Below are positions 1-10,364 of a stretch of 64,000 bases of DNA, in pieces. Origin of the DNA: an uncultured Thermoleophilia bacterium. Lineage in GTDB: Bacteria; Actinomycetota; Thermoleophilia; UBA2241. A model generated the notes under the pieces. The model had not been told where the DNA came from. It made no database searches and was given only the letters and a program-made list of their open reading frames with translations. Position 1 is the stretch's first letter, and every line of letters starts with the position of its first letter. The stretch is taken from contig CAVPCT010000005.1 of the NCBI GenBank assembly GCA_963702475.1, positions 896,001 through 960,000 of the forward strand, written 5' to 3'. The position numbers and the translations under genes are program-made.

Positions 1-330
1 CGGCGGCCGCAGGCGCGACCTGATCAGCCGCGGTGGCAGATGGGGGAGCGAGAGCCCGGTACGCGCTTCGTGCGGGCGCGGGCATGCCGACTCCGCGCCT
101 CGTTTCGGCCATGGCAGTACCTCGCCTCTCCAGGGAGGATGGACGGCCCCGTCCCACTCCCGCTCCGTGCCAGACACACGATTCGTCTGCCACACCCTAC
201 AGTCGTGTCCTGGGGGCCTCAAGAGTACGTCGTGTGCGTGCGTGAAGGGATGGAAGGGCACTGGGGTGTCTGGCACGCCGGAGGACGCACCTGAGCGCAC
301 ATGCCGATCAGACCCCGCCTCACATTTTTA

Positions 331-355
331 TTGACATAATCAATGATTTTATCAA
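331..355 (+). promoter_or_regulatory. TTGACA -35 element within an imperfect palindrome (probable MarR operator)
   Basis: TTGACATAATCA-A-TGATTTTATCAA is a 10/12 inverted repeat in an AT-rich patch just upstream of the MarR-like gene. Confidence 0.7.
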
Positions 356-365
356 CTATATCGCC

Positions 366-882
366 ATGAGTCCGTGCCGCCGCAGACGGAGAGGGAGTCT
401 TCGAACACGCACCCGGCGCGAGCTACCTGCACGTGTGGCGCGAGGTCTCTCACCTACCGCCAGTTCATGCGACGGCTGGCCGCGGAGACCGGGTACACCG
501 GCGCGCAGTTCGAGGTGCTGCGCCAGCTCGCCGTGTCTGACGGACGCTCGACGGTCTCGGTGCTGGCGCGCGAGCTCGCCGTCGACCCGGCGGCGTCACC
601 CGGCTCGTCGCCAGCTCACCGCTCGGACTGGTGGAGCGCGAGAGCGACGCCGCGACGGGAGGCGGCGGCCGGTGGTCCTCACGGACGAGGGCCGCCGCCG
701 CATGGCCGCCCTGCACGCGCCTGCACGAGCGCGAGACGGCGCTGACGGGGGCGCTGGACCCGCGGACATCGAGACCGCCACGCGGGTCTTGCAGCAGATG
801 CGCGCCGCGGTCGAGTCCCTTCCCGCGGCGGCCGTAGGGCCGGCGGCGTCGAGACACGGCGCACCAAGGAGGTGCCCCATGA
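366..882 (+). CDS. MarR family transcriptional regulator (several apparent frameshifts)
   Basis: Segments in different frames: TGYTGAQFEVLRQLAVSDGRSTVSVLARELAVDPAA, DGRRRPVVLTDEGR, ADIETATRVLQQMR. End is approximate. Confidence 0.7.
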
Positions 883-1208
883 ACCTACGGCTGAAGCCCG
901 CTGGAACCAGCGGCGGTTCGTCGCCGTCGCCGCTGCCTCTCGGGGTTAGCGCGTGCCGGTGACCGGCCTCGCCGACCACCTCGCGGTCGAGGCCGGCGAC
1001 CCGGCGGGCTGGTCGATCGTCCACGTCACGCTCGGGCCGCGTTCGTCGCTTTCGCCGGGTGGCACGCTACCTGAACCGGCGCGCCCTGCTCAAGCTACGT
1101 GCGCGGCGCCGTCCCTCACGGGCGCTCGTCGGCGCGAGGCACTGTCGCCGCCGTCCTCGTCGGCGGGCTGCTGACCTCACCGTCCTGCACGCGGTGGTCG
1201 GGCCGTGA
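879..1208 (+). CDS. small membrane protein, DUF4405-like (frameshifted)
   Basis: RBS AGGAGG before ATG 879; hydrophobic His-containing segments across frames (VTGLADHLA, WSIVHVTLG, FAGWH). Confidence 0.4.
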
Positions 1209-1524
1209 GCCGCCGACGCAGGACGCGCGATCGTCGCAGCGCGACAGCCTTCATCCTGCTCGACGGTTGCGCTGCGTGGATGCTGGGTGTGAGGCGTGTC
1301 CTGAGGCCGTCCTCGGCAGGGTCGACTTCCTGGGTCACCGGCACGCGAAGGTCCGGGCGGCCCAGGCCTGCACCGGTCGCGGCCGCTGTGTGAAGGCGTG
1401 CGAGGCGGGCGCGCTGACGCGGCTGGAGAGGGCCGAGCACTCCAGTCACACCGTCGAGGGCCCGGCTCCGCCGACGACGACCGCCACGGCGCAGAGGAGG
1501 ATGGCCGCACCGGCCCGGCGGTAG
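1205..1524 (+). CDS. 4Fe-4S ferredoxin-like protein (frameshifted)
   Basis: Cys motifs CVDAGCEACPE and CTGRGRCVKACEAGAL. Confidence 0.55.
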
Positions 1525-1587
1525 CAGGCCACAGCCTCCGCCGTGGAGTGGCGGCGCCGCGAATCCTCCTGCTATCCTGCTGGAACG

Positions 1588-2845
1588 ATGACCTCCCGAC
1601 GCCGGCGACCCGCGCACGTCCGCATCTACCGCACAGAAGGCGTGTACCGGCGACGGCGCTTCTTCGCGATCGTGACCGTCGCCGCGGTCGCCATCTTGCT
1701 CGTCGGCGTCGCCGTGGCCGTCACCGTCGCGCGCAGCGAGGTCGGCGGCGGGACACCCGCCGCAGAGGCCGCCGGCGCCGCCGCGGGCGGTGGGGCGGCC
1801 CAGCAGGGTCAGGCGGCCGGACAAGCGTCCGGGCAGGCCGAGCAGGCCTCCGGCGAGGGTGGCGAGACCCCGACCGCGAGCCCGTCCTCCCAGGTCATAG
1901 AGATCGGTTGGGTCGGCGACACCACGCCGGGCTCCATGTACGGCAACCCGCCGGACAACGGGCGCGCCCTGTTCGCGCAGGTGCGCGACGAGCTGCGCGC
2001 CCCCGACCTCATGATCGCCAACCTCGAGGGCACCTACTCCGAGGGCGGCGCCTCCAAGTGCAGCGGCAGCGACTCGTCGCTGTGCTTCGCCTTCCAGGCG
2101 CCGGTCTCGTTCGCCAAGGCGCTCCCTTGGGCGGGCATCGACCTCGTGAGCCTCGCCAACAACCACACCAACGACTACTTCGAGAGCGGCCTCGAGCAGA
2201 CCACGGCCGCCCTGGAGAAGAACGGCATCGACTACACCGGACTCCCCGATCAGATCACGGTCGTGGACGTCAAGGGCGTCAAGGTCGCCGTCGTCGCCTT
2301 CTCGCCCTACCCGTGGAACGCCAACCTCAACGACATCCCGGCGGCGCAGGACCTCGGTACGGCAGGCCCGGGACGAGTCCGACGTGGTGGTCGTGCTCAT
2401 GCACGCCGGGGCCGAGGGCTCGGACAAGACCCACACCCCCAACGGCACCGAGATGGCGTTCGGCGAGAACCGCGGCGACGTGCGGGCTTTCTCCCACGCC
2501 GTCGTCGACGCCGGCGCCGACCTCGTGCTCGGCTCGGGGCCGCACGTCATCCGCGGCATGGAGCGCTACCGCGGCCGCCTGATCGCGCACTCCCTGGGCA
2601 ACTTCGCCGGCTGGGACAACTTCGGCATCAGCGGCACCCTCGGCCTCTCCGGTCTGCTCACCGTGAAGCTCGACTCGACCGGCCACATCCAGAGCGGCCG
2701 CTGGCTGTCCCTGGTCCTCGCAGACCCCGGGGTCCCGGTCCTCGACTCCAACCACACGTCGGCGCGCCTCGCCGACGACCTCTCGGACGCGGACTTCACC
2801 AGGACCTGGCGCATGGACGACCAGGGCCACATCGAGGTGGACTGA
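1588..2845 (+). CDS. CapA family (poly-gamma-glutamate synthesis / metallophosphatase) protein, frameshift near 2360
   Basis: N-terminal TM; VGD, ANLEG, LANNH motifs in the first frame; HAGAE, GSGPHV, SLGNF motifs in ORF 2384-2845. Confidence 0.85.
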
Positions 2846-2846
2846 G

Positions 2847-3299
2847 GTGTTCGGCAAGCCCGACGTCGCGCGACTGGCAGCCGACAACGACCTCGACGGC
2901 CTCACCTGGGCCGCCTACCACAGGAACGAGGCCGTGCGCGCGGAGGCGCGGCAGGCGCTCAAAGGCCTCGCCGGCGAGCAGGTGATGGCGTTCGCGAGGC
3001 TGCTGCGGATCGAGCGCATCCAGAGCAGCGGCCTCGCGAGGCGCACGCTGCGCAACTACCCCGGCCTGGAGCGCCTGCAGGACGGCCTGGTCGCGACCGG
3101 CGCCGAGGCCATCGAGCCGCTCCTGCGGTCGTTCGCGGAGACCTACCGCGGCGACGGGATCACCTACCTGGCCTACCGCGACGTGCTCTGGCGCCTCGAC
3201 GACGCCGACCTCTCGGCCTGGCTGGAGGACGCGGATCCCGAGGTACGCAAGCTGGTCGCCGACGCGATCGGCGTCAGGGCGCTGCGCGAGAAGGGCTGA
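2847..3299 (+). CDS. hypothetical protein with HEAT-like helical motifs
   Basis: Coding-like ORF directly after CapA; LEDADPEVRKLVADAIG. Confidence 0.55.
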   Translation: MFGKPDVARLAADNDLDGLTWAAYHRNEAVRAEARQALKGLAGEQVMAFARLLRIERIQSSGLARRTLRNYPGLERLQDGLVATGAEAIEPLLRSFAETYRGDGITYLAYRDVLWRLDDADLSAWLEDADPEVRKLVADAIGVRALREKG

Positions 3300-3329
3300 A
3301 GGAGGACAAGGCGGCCGGGCGAGCTGCCG

Positions 3330-3851
3330 TCAGGCGGCCTCGCCCTCGTCGTTGTCGCCACCCTTGTCTTCGGCGCTCTCGGCACGCTCAGACCGCTCCT
3401 CGGCTTCGAGCCGCTTGGTCATGCGCACCAGCGTGCCCTGCTCCCGCGGCACGATCTCGAGGCTCTCCATCAGCGTGTGCATCAGGGGCAGTCCGCGCCC
3501 CCGCTCCGCGGTCGCGTCGGGCATCGCCCTGAGGTCGAGGCAGGCGCCGCGGAACCGTTCGTCGGCGTCGCGCACCTCGACACAGACGAAGTCCCCGATG
3601 AACGAGACCTTCACCTCCACACGGCACTCGTCGGCTTCACACGCGTTCAGCGAGTTGTTCAGCGCCTCCGCGGTGGCAAGCACCACCGCCTCGCGTTCGG
3701 CCTTCGTCAGCCCGTGATCGCGGAGCATCCCGCGCACGCGCCTGCGGAAGTCCGTGAGCTGTGCCGGCCGGTCAACCACCAAGAGCAGCGCCTCGCGCGC
3801 GGCGGACCGCCGCGGACGGGGGCGCTCACCTTCGTTCCTGTGTTCTTCCAT
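3330..3851 (-). CDS. anti-sigma factor / RsbW-like HATPase_c_2 protein
   Basis: LATAEALNN, VEVRD, ERGRGLPLM and GTLVRMTK motifs. Confidence 0.8.
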   Translation of the reverse strand: MEEHRNEGERPRPRRSAAREALLLVVDRPAQLTDFRRRVRGMLRDHGLTKAEREAVVLATAEALNNSLNACEADECRVEVKVSFIGDFVCVEVRDADERFRGACLDLRAMPDATAERGRGLPLMHTLMESLEIVPREQGTLVRMTKRLEAEERSERAESAEDKGGDNDEGEAA

Positions 3852-3946
3852 GAGACGTCATTCGACATGGGTGTCCTTGTCCTTGCGTCAGGAGTGTTCC
3901 CGGCGGCATGCATGGGATGGGGCACGCCGCGCCGAACGACTATCGA

Positions 3947-4150
3947 CTACACGAGCATCCGCCAGGCGAAGTCGCCGGACATCAGCTCGTAGGACTGCGC
4001 GCTCTGCGCCGCGGATAGCGGCTGCTGGGCGGCGGCCCCCTGCGGACCGGCCACCGTCAGCGTCACCGCTGTCGCGATCAGCAGCGTGACGAGCAGCACC
4101 AGGAAGAACGTCGGGATGTGCGGACTGCGGGATGTCGTCGCTGTGGTCAT
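3947..4150 (-). CDS. small membrane/secreted protein (MTTATTSRSPHIPTFFLVLL...)
   Basis: RBS GGGAGG; single N-terminal hydrophobic helix; shared promoter motif upstream. Confidence 0.6.
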   Translation of the reverse strand: MTTATTSRSPHIPTFFLVLLVTLLIATAVTLTVAGPQGAAAQQPLSAAQSAQSYELMSGDFAWRMLV

Positions 4151-4176
4151 CGTGCCTCCCTTCCCCTCGTGGCTCG

Positions 4177-4223
4177 AGTGTGCGCGGAGGGGGGCCGGGG
4201 AGGCATCACCCGAAGAGGGTGAT
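4177..4223 (-). promoter_or_regulatory. palindromic activator site followed by -10 element
   Basis: Minus strand reads ATCACCCTCTTCGGGTGATG-N21-CACACT; same layout at 11144, 25885 and 40285. Confidence 0.6.
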
Positions 4224-4450
4224 TGCAGGTGCGGACGCGCGGCCGAGGTCGTCCTCGGGGGCTCTCGAGGTGCGGCTGCGTCTTGGAGCAGGCCACGCAC
4301 TCACGTACGATGTCTCGTGGCATGCTCCGCGGCATGCGGCCGGCGGCGCCGACACGCCCAGGCCGGCGTTGTGTGGATACCCGGCGAGGGCGGTACCCTA
4401 CTCAGACACGACCGCGAGGGCCGGCTTCAGCCGGCGACGGGGAGGTGGGT

Positions 4451-4906
4451 GTGACAGAGCCGGCGTCCGACCGGACCATCACGCGGGCGCAGTTCCGCTT
4501 CGCAAGCGCGCTGGCCGAGATCCTCGTGTCCATCGTCGTGCTCAACCTCTTCGTGGAGTACGTCCACACCGTGATCATCGACTCGTTCACGGTCTCGATC
4601 GTCACCGCGGTCCTGCTCTGGTTGATGCTGCGCGTGATCAAGCGCCTCGAGCACCGCGTGAGCGCCTACTTCAAACGCAGGGAGGGCGCGCTGTTCCGCA
4701 TCCTTCGGCTCCTGAGCGTCTGGGCGATCATGTTCCTGAGCAAGTTCGTGATCATCGAGGTCGTAGCGTTCGCGACCGCCGGACGGGCCGTGCTCGGCGA
4801 GTTCCTCGAGGTCGTGGCGATCGTGCTCGTCCTTATCGTCGCGGAGTACCTGCTGGGCTGGGTGTTCAGGAGACTCGGCGGGCCGGCGGCCGCGGCGGAG
4901 GGGTGA
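4451..4906 (+). CDS. four-TM hypothetical membrane protein
   Basis: RBS GGAGG and GTG start; four hydrophobic segments. Confidence 0.7.
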   Translation: MTEPASDRTITRAQFRFASALAEILVSIVVLNLFVEYVHTVIIDSFTVSIVTAVLLWLMLRVIKRLEHRVSAYFKRREGALFRILRLLSVWAIMFLSKFVIIEVVAFATAGRAVLGEFLEVVAIVLVLIVAEYLLGWVFRRLGGPAAAAEG

Positions 4907-4915
4907 GCCGGTGGG

Positions 4916-5521
4916 TCAGAACGAGGAAGCGGCGGCGATCGCGTCGCCCTCGCGCAGGCTCTTGCGGCGCTTGCGGAGGGCTTCTCGATACCCTTCGGTG
5001 CGCTCGTCCCGGCAGTCGAGGAGACCGAGCGCGGCCGCCATCTCGATCTGCTCCAGCGCCTCCGAGGTCAGCCCGGCCCGTTGCAGCACGAGACTGAGGC
5101 GGTCGAAGCTGCGAAGGAGCCCGCGCCGCGCCTCCTCGGAACCCAGAGGATCGTCCGTCGCCTCGAGGTACGCGATGATCGCCGTCCGGTAGATCTCGGC
5201 GGCGCGGGGAGCGTCGTCCCTCTCGCAGCGGTCCGCGTCGCGGAGGGTGCGCGAGATCTCGGCGAGCCGGCTCGACGCGCCGTCTGAAGCGCCGCCGTCG
5301 GGAGCCGGCGCCGTGTCGCTCTCACACTGAGGCGCGGCCGGTGCGGGCGGAGGCGGTGCGGGCGGAGCCGGAGCGACCGCCGCGGAGGCGTGATCACTCG
5401 TCACCCAGGCGGCTTCACTGACCGCCGATGTGCCGACGAGCGCCTCACCCTGCGCTCCACACACCGCGCAGAAGGTGGCCGTCTCACCGATCGACAAACC
5501 GCACTGTGCGCACGCTCGCAC
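4916..5521 (-). CDS. zinc-ribbon domain protein with helical C-terminus
   Basis: CAQCG...FCAVCG at the N-terminus; Pro-rich linker. Confidence 0.65.
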   Translation of the reverse strand: MRACAQCGLSIGETATFCAVCGAQGEALVGTSAVSEAAWVTSDHASAAVAPAPPAPPPPAPAAPQCESDTAPAPDGGASDGASSRLAEISRTLRDADRCERDDAPRAAEIYRTAIIAYLEATDDPLGSEEARRGLLRSFDRLSLVLQRAGLTSEALEQIEMAAALGLLDCRDERTEGYREALRKRRKSLREGDAIAAASSF

Positions 5522-5629
5522 TCACCCTCCCTTGGACCCTCACCGATGCTATCGGCAGAATCGGGGACAACATGAGTGCCGCCGTGTGTGGTAGCTTGGC
5601 CCGCAGGAGAAGTGCGACCGCGAGGTGCC

Positions 5630-6610
5630 ATGAAGGCGATCGTCTGCACCGCGTACGGCGACCCCGACGTGCTCAGGCTCGAGGAGGTCGAGAAGCCGCG
5701 TCCGAAGACGGGTGAGGTGCTCGTCCGTGTGCGCGCCACGACCGCGTCCCGGGCGGACTGCGAGATCCGCCGGTTCGAGTTCGCGGCGTGGGTCTGGCTG
5801 CCCGTCCGGCTGGCGTTCGGCGTCTTCAGGCCGCGGGTCCGCATCCTGGGTCAGGAGTTCGCCGGGGAAGTCGAGGAGTCGGGTGAGGGTGCGACCACCG
5901 TCGCGCCCGGAGACCGCGTCTACGGCACGACCGGGATCGGACTCGGAGCCTACGCCGAGTACGTCTGCGTGGGCGGACGGCGCAGCGGAAGCGTCGCGGC
6001 CCCCATGCCGGCGGCCATGAGCTTCGCCGAAGCCGCCGCCGTCCCCTACGGCGCGAGCGAGGCGCTCCGCTTCCTCCGCAAGGCCGCCATAGGCGCCGGG
6101 CAGAGAGTCCTCATCGTCGGCGCCGGCGGGAGCTTCGGCAGCTACGCGGTCCAGCTGGCCAAGCATGCCGGCGCCGAGGTGGTCGCCGTCGACAGCGCCG
6201 GCAAGCTCGACATGCTCCTCGACCTCGGCGCGGACGAGGTCATCGACTACGCCGAGCGTGACTTCACGGACGGCGCCGGGACCTTCGACATCGTCTTCGA
6301 CGTCATCTGCCGGGCGCCGTTCGGTCGCGTCGTGCGCCGGCTGCGTCCTGGCGGCCGGTACGTGCTGGCCAATCCGAAGACGTCCCACTTCTTCCGCGGG
6401 CTCTGGACCTCGCTCACCGGCCGCAAGAAGGTGGTCTTCGGCTCAGGCGCCGGCACGGCAGAGGACCTGCAGGCCATCACCGAGCTCATCGAGGCCGGCG
6501 GACTCCGCCCGGTCGTCGACCGCGTGTACCCCCTCGAGCAGATGGCCGAGGCCCACCGCTACGCCGAGACGGAGCAGAAGAAGGGCAACATCGTCGTGGT
6601 CGTGGAGTGA
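5630..6610 (+). CDS. NAD(P)-dependent MDR alcohol dehydrogenase / quinone oxidoreductase
   Basis: MKAIVCTAYGDPDVL, GAGGSFG, RPVVDRVYPLEQ...KGNIVV. Confidence 0.9.
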   Translation: MKAIVCTAYGDPDVLRLEEVEKPRPKTGEVLVRVRATTASRADCEIRRFEFAAWVWLPVRLAFGVFRPRVRILGQEFAGEVEESGEGATTVAPGDRVYGTTGIGLGAYAEYVCVGGRRSGSVAAPMPAAMSFAEAAAVPYGASEALRFLRKAAIGAGQRVLIVGAGGSFGSYAVQLAKHAGAEVVAVDSAGKLDMLLDLGADEVIDYAERDFTDGAGTFDIVFDVICRAPFGRVVRRLRPGGRYVLANPKTSHFFRGLWTSLTGRKKVVFGSGAGTAEDLQAITELIEAGGLRPVVDRVYPLEQMAEAHRYAETEQKKGNIVVVVE

Positions 6611-6718
6611 GGCCGGAGCCCCAGGCGGACGACGCGGCGGCGTGCGCCGAACGCGGGCGGCCGGGGCCGGCTTGCGCCGGCTCCGGCCGCCCGGAGCGCC
6701 GAGACCTGGGGGGTCAGG

Positions 6719-9082
6719 TCAGCGCGCAGCCGCGCCCCCGTGGGCCGGCTGCCGGAGGGCGGGCACGCCCTCGACGTGCGGTCTGCGGGTCAAGCCGGCG
6801 TCGCGCTCGCGGCCGTCACCCACCGTGGCCGGCGCCTGCTCGCCCTCCGGCAGCTGCTCGCCGTCCAACGGCCGGCGCCCCTCGACACTGATGTCCGGCA
6901 GCCACTGCAGCCAGCGCGGCAGGTACCAGTTCAGGTCGCCGAGCAACTCCATGCCGGCGGGCACGATGACGGTGCGCACCACGGTCGCGTCGAGGAAGAT
7001 GGCCACGGCGAGGCCGAAGCCCATCTGCTGGAACATGACCAGCTCACCGGTGGCCATGCCGCCGAAGACGCAGACCATGATCGCCGCGGCGCCGGTGATG
7101 ATGCTCGCCGTGCGGCCGATGCCGTGGGCCACGGCCTCCCGCGTGTCGCCGGTGCGGTCGAAGCGCTCCTTGATGCGCGTGAGCAGGAAGACCTGGTAGT
7201 CCATGGAGAGCCCGAAGAGCAGGCTGAAGAGGAACAGCGGCACCCAGGCCTCGATGCTCTCCACTCTCTGGAAGCCGAACAGCTGGGCGCCGACGCCTTT
7301 CTGGAAGACCAGCACGAGGAGGCCGTAGGCTGCGGCCACTGAGAGCAGGTTCATGAGGATCGCCTTGGCCGGGATGACGAGAGACCGGAAGGCCAGGAGC
7401 AGGAGCACGAAGCTCAGGCTGAGGACGACCGCGATGGCAATGGGCAGCCAGCGGTCGAAGAAACCGAGGTAGTCGACGACGCCGGCCGTCGTGCCGGCGA
7501 CGTACACGTGCGAAGCGGCGGCGCCGAAGGCGCCCGGCACGACGCGCTCACGGAGGTGCCTGACGACATCCTGCGTCGCCTCGGCGGCCGGGTCGCCGGG
7601 GAGCGGCACCGAGAGCACGGTCAGGTCGCCGGCCTCGTTCACGGCGACCTGCGCCGGTCCGAAGCGGCCGTCGCTTTCGAGCGCGGAACGGACGCGGGAG
7701 ATGCCTGCCGTGACGGCCGACGCGTCCGCCCGTCCGTCCACGACGACGTGGACGGGGTTGGCCGTGCCCAGGGAGAAGTCGCGGCCCAGCATGTCCCAGC
7801 CCTGCTTGGCGTAGTGGTCGTCGGGGAAGCCGGCCGCGCTCGTCCCCGTGCTGCCGGTCTGCAGGAAGACGACGGGCGAGGCAGCCAGGAGCAGCACGCT
7901 CACCCCGAAGGCCAGCCAGATCACCGGGCGCCGCATGATGCTGTGTGCGAGACGCTCCCACACGCCGCCATGGCCGTCGGAGCGGCGCACCGCGAACCGG
8001 CTCGCGAAGGGCACATGCAGGGCGTTGACGCGGTCACCGAGCAGGCTGATCACCGCGGGGAGCAGCGTCAGCGACGTGAGCAGCGTGGTGGACACGACGA
8101 GCATGGCGCCGATGCCCATGCTGATGGTGAGGTCCATCGGGACCACGACCATGCCGAGCATGGCGAGGATGACTGTCATGCCGCTGAAGAAGATGGCGCG
8201 GCTCGCGCTGGCGCCCGTGGCCGCGATGGCCTCGATCTTGTCCCGCCCGCCGGCGCGCTCCTCGCGGAAGCGGCTGAGGATGAACAGCGTGTAGTCGATG
8301 CCGACGGCGAGCCCCATCGTGGTGAGGATGTTCAGCACGAAGGTGTTCATCGGATAGACCTGGCCGAGCAGAGCCGTGAGGGCGAGCGCCAGGAGGATGC
8401 TGAGCACGCTGAGCACCAGCGGCATGAACGCCGCCATCAAGGCCCCGAACACGATGACCAGCACCACGAGCGCTGCCGGCAGGCCGAAGATCTCGGCCCG
8501 CTGCATGTCGCTCTCGGCCAGCTCGTTGCCCATCTTGCTCAGGCTGGCGGCACCGGTCAGATGGACGGTGACGTCCCCGCCCCGGTCGGCGGCGACGATC
8601 TCGTGCACCTCGTCGACATGCTCGACGGCCGCGTTCAGGTCGCCCGCCATGACCACCCGAACGAGCACCGCATGGCGGTCCTTGGAGACCTGCGTCGGGT
8701 CCTGCGTCTGGTAGTAGGTCGCCACGCTCTCGACGACACCGTCGAGCCCGGCGATCTCGCCGGCAACCTCGCTCACGCTAGCCTTGAACGCCGCGTCGTC
8801 CACGGTGTGCGCAGCGGAGCGCACGATCACGAACTCCGACAGCTTCTGCGACCCAGACATACGGTCCTGGATCAGGGTCATGCCGACGGTGCTGTCCGGC
8901 TGCCCACCGTGCTGCTTGTTCTCTGAGGTCAGCCCGCTCCCGGGCAGCGCGCTCATGCCGAGAACGGCTGCCGCGATGACGGCCACCCAGATCCCCAGGG
9001 TGCGCCAGGGGTGGGTGGCGCTCGCGCGGGCGAGGCGCCCGGTGAATCCTGCCGCGATCTTCACTGAGGTGCTGCGTGACAT
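6719..9082 (-). CDS. MMPL family transporter
   Basis: GLAVGIDY...SRFREE and FGLSMDYQVFLLTRIKE motifs; two TM blocks. Confidence 0.92.
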   Translation of the reverse strand: MSRSTSVKIAAGFTGRLARASATHPWRTLGIWVAVIAAAVLGMSALPGSGLTSENKQHGGQPDSTVGMTLIQDRMSGSQKLSEFVIVRSAAHTVDDAAFKASVSEVAGEIAGLDGVVESVATYYQTQDPTQVSKDRHAVLVRVVMAGDLNAAVEHVDEVHEIVAADRGGDVTVHLTGAASLSKMGNELAESDMQRAEIFGLPAALVVLVIVFGALMAAFMPLVLSVLSILLALALTALLGQVYPMNTFVLNILTTMGLAVGIDYTLFILSRFREERAGGRDKIEAIAATGASASRAIFFSGMTVILAMLGMVVVPMDLTISMGIGAMLVVSTTLLTSLTLLPAVISLLGDRVNALHVPFASRFAVRRSDGHGGVWERLAHSIMRRPVIWLAFGVSVLLLAASPVVFLQTGSTGTSAAGFPDDHYAKQGWDMLGRDFSLGTANPVHVVVDGRADASAVTAGISRVRSALESDGRFGPAQVAVNEAGDLTVLSVPLPGDPAAEATQDVVRHLRERVVPGAFGAAASHVYVAGTTAGVVDYLGFFDRWLPIAIAVVLSLSFVLLLLAFRSLVIPAKAILMNLLSVAAAYGLLVLVFQKGVGAQLFGFQRVESIEAWVPLFLFSLLFGLSMDYQVFLLTRIKERFDRTGDTREAVAHGIGRTASIITGAAAIMVCVFGGMATGELVMFQQMGFGLAVAIFLDATVVRTVIVPAGMELLGDLNWYLPRWLQWLPDISVEGRRPLDGEQLPEGEQAPATVGDGRERDAGLTRRPHVEGVPALRQPAHGGAAAR

Positions 9083-9135
9083 GGTCTTCCCCCCTGGCTT
9101 CCGTTGTCGCCGGTGTCCCGGCGTGTCACCAAGGT

Positions 9136-9163
9136 GAGTGGGGTCTCGCGCCGATCTGTGACA
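9136..9163 (-). promoter_or_regulatory. candidate ECF sigma promoter for the MMPL gene
   Basis: Minus strand TGTCACA-N16-CACTC; divergent ECF sigma gene is adjacent. Confidence 0.5.
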
Positions 9164-9252
9164 ACTCGGGGTGTGATTCCCTAACGCCGCCGCTTGACGA
9201 GTGCGCTGCTAGAATCGGGGCCGTCCCGCATCACCGACGTCGAGGACCTGAG

Positions 9253-9972
9253 ATGACTGGCTCGCAGGAGACGTTCGCGGCACCCCAGCCGGCAGACGTG
9301 GTGCAACAGTACGGCCGCCTCGTCTCCTCCATCTGCTGGCGCATGACGCAGGATCGAGATGCGGCACGCGAGGCGGCGCAGGAGGTGTGGATCGCCGTCC
9401 TCGAGAGCCTGCCGAGCTACCGCGGCGAGTCCTCGCTCGCCACGTGGATCTACACCATCGCGCGGCGCGTTGTGGGGCGCTACGCGCAAGCCCGCACCAC
9501 CTACAGCGTGCGCTTCCTCAGCGCGTACTACGAGGCCGACGGCGAGATCGCGCCACCGGACACCCCCGACCTCGACCACGACCTGTGGGTGCGCGAGATG
9601 TGCGACCTGTGCCTCAGCGGCATGCTCCAGTGCCTCGACACGGACGCGCGCCTGGCCTACCTGCTCCGCGAGGTGGCGGAGCTGGACTACGACGAGGTCG
9701 CCCTCGTGCTGGAGGTCGAGCCCGACGCGGCGCGCCAGATGGTGTCACGGGCGCGCCGCAAGCTGAACCGCTTCATGAGCGGGCACTGCGCGCTTGCCAA
9801 CCCGACGGGCCCCTGCCGCTGCCGCATGCGCCGCCGGGTCGAGAGCATCGACCTGCCCGCGGAGTACACGGCGGTGCGCCGGACGATGCACCAGGCGCGC
9901 GTCATGAGGGAGTCCGAGCACGTGCTGCCGCCCAAGGACTTCTGGCTGGAGCTGACGCAGTCCGCGGCGTAG
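9253..9972 (+). CDS. ECF RNA polymerase sigma factor with Cys-rich extension
   Basis: Region 2 (EAAQEVW...SSLATWIYTIA) and region 4 (YDEVALVL...VSRARRKL); CDLC and HC...CRC motifs. Confidence 0.88.
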   Translation: MTGSQETFAAPQPADVVQQYGRLVSSICWRMTQDRDAAREAAQEVWIAVLESLPSYRGESSLATWIYTIARRVVGRYAQARTTYSVRFLSAYYEADGEIAPPDTPDLDHDLWVREMCDLCLSGMLQCLDTDARLAYLLREVAELDYDEVALVLEVEPDAARQMVSRARRKLNRFMSGHCALANPTGPCRCRMRRRVESIDLPAEYTAVRRTMHQARVMRESEHVLPPKDFWLELTQSAA

Positions 9973-9997
9973 GGCCGGTCGCCCGCCGAAGCCCGGA

Positions 9998-10342
9998 CTA
10001 CCCGGCCTCCAGCACCGCTGTCGTAGGCAGCACGCACCAGTGACGAGACGGCCGCGACGTCGGCGGCGTCCGCGAGCGCGAGCTCGGTCCACCCCGGGAG
10101 CTCCTTGCCGTGACCGACGAAGGCGTGTGCCCCGTGCTTCGCGGCGGCGAGGAGGCGCTGCTCCTCCCCGAGCTTGGTGAGGATCAGCCCCTCGCCGCCG
10201 ATCGTCGCGAACAGCACGCCCGGACCCTGTACGCGTGCGAGCCGAACATCTCGCCGGTCGTGACGTCCGGCCAGCCGAGGATCAAGTCGTCCAGGGCGGT
10301 CCGGAGCGCTACCTCAGCCGACGGATCGTTCAGCCTCGGCAT
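9998..10342 (-). CDS. TfoX/YjbR-like small protein (frameshifted)
   Basis: WPDVTTGEMFGSHAYRV joins LFATIGGEGLILTKL...LPGW...LVRAAYD in another frame; stop position inferred. Confidence 0.55.
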
Positions 10343-10364
10343 GTGCGCGGCAGGCCGACAGCGC

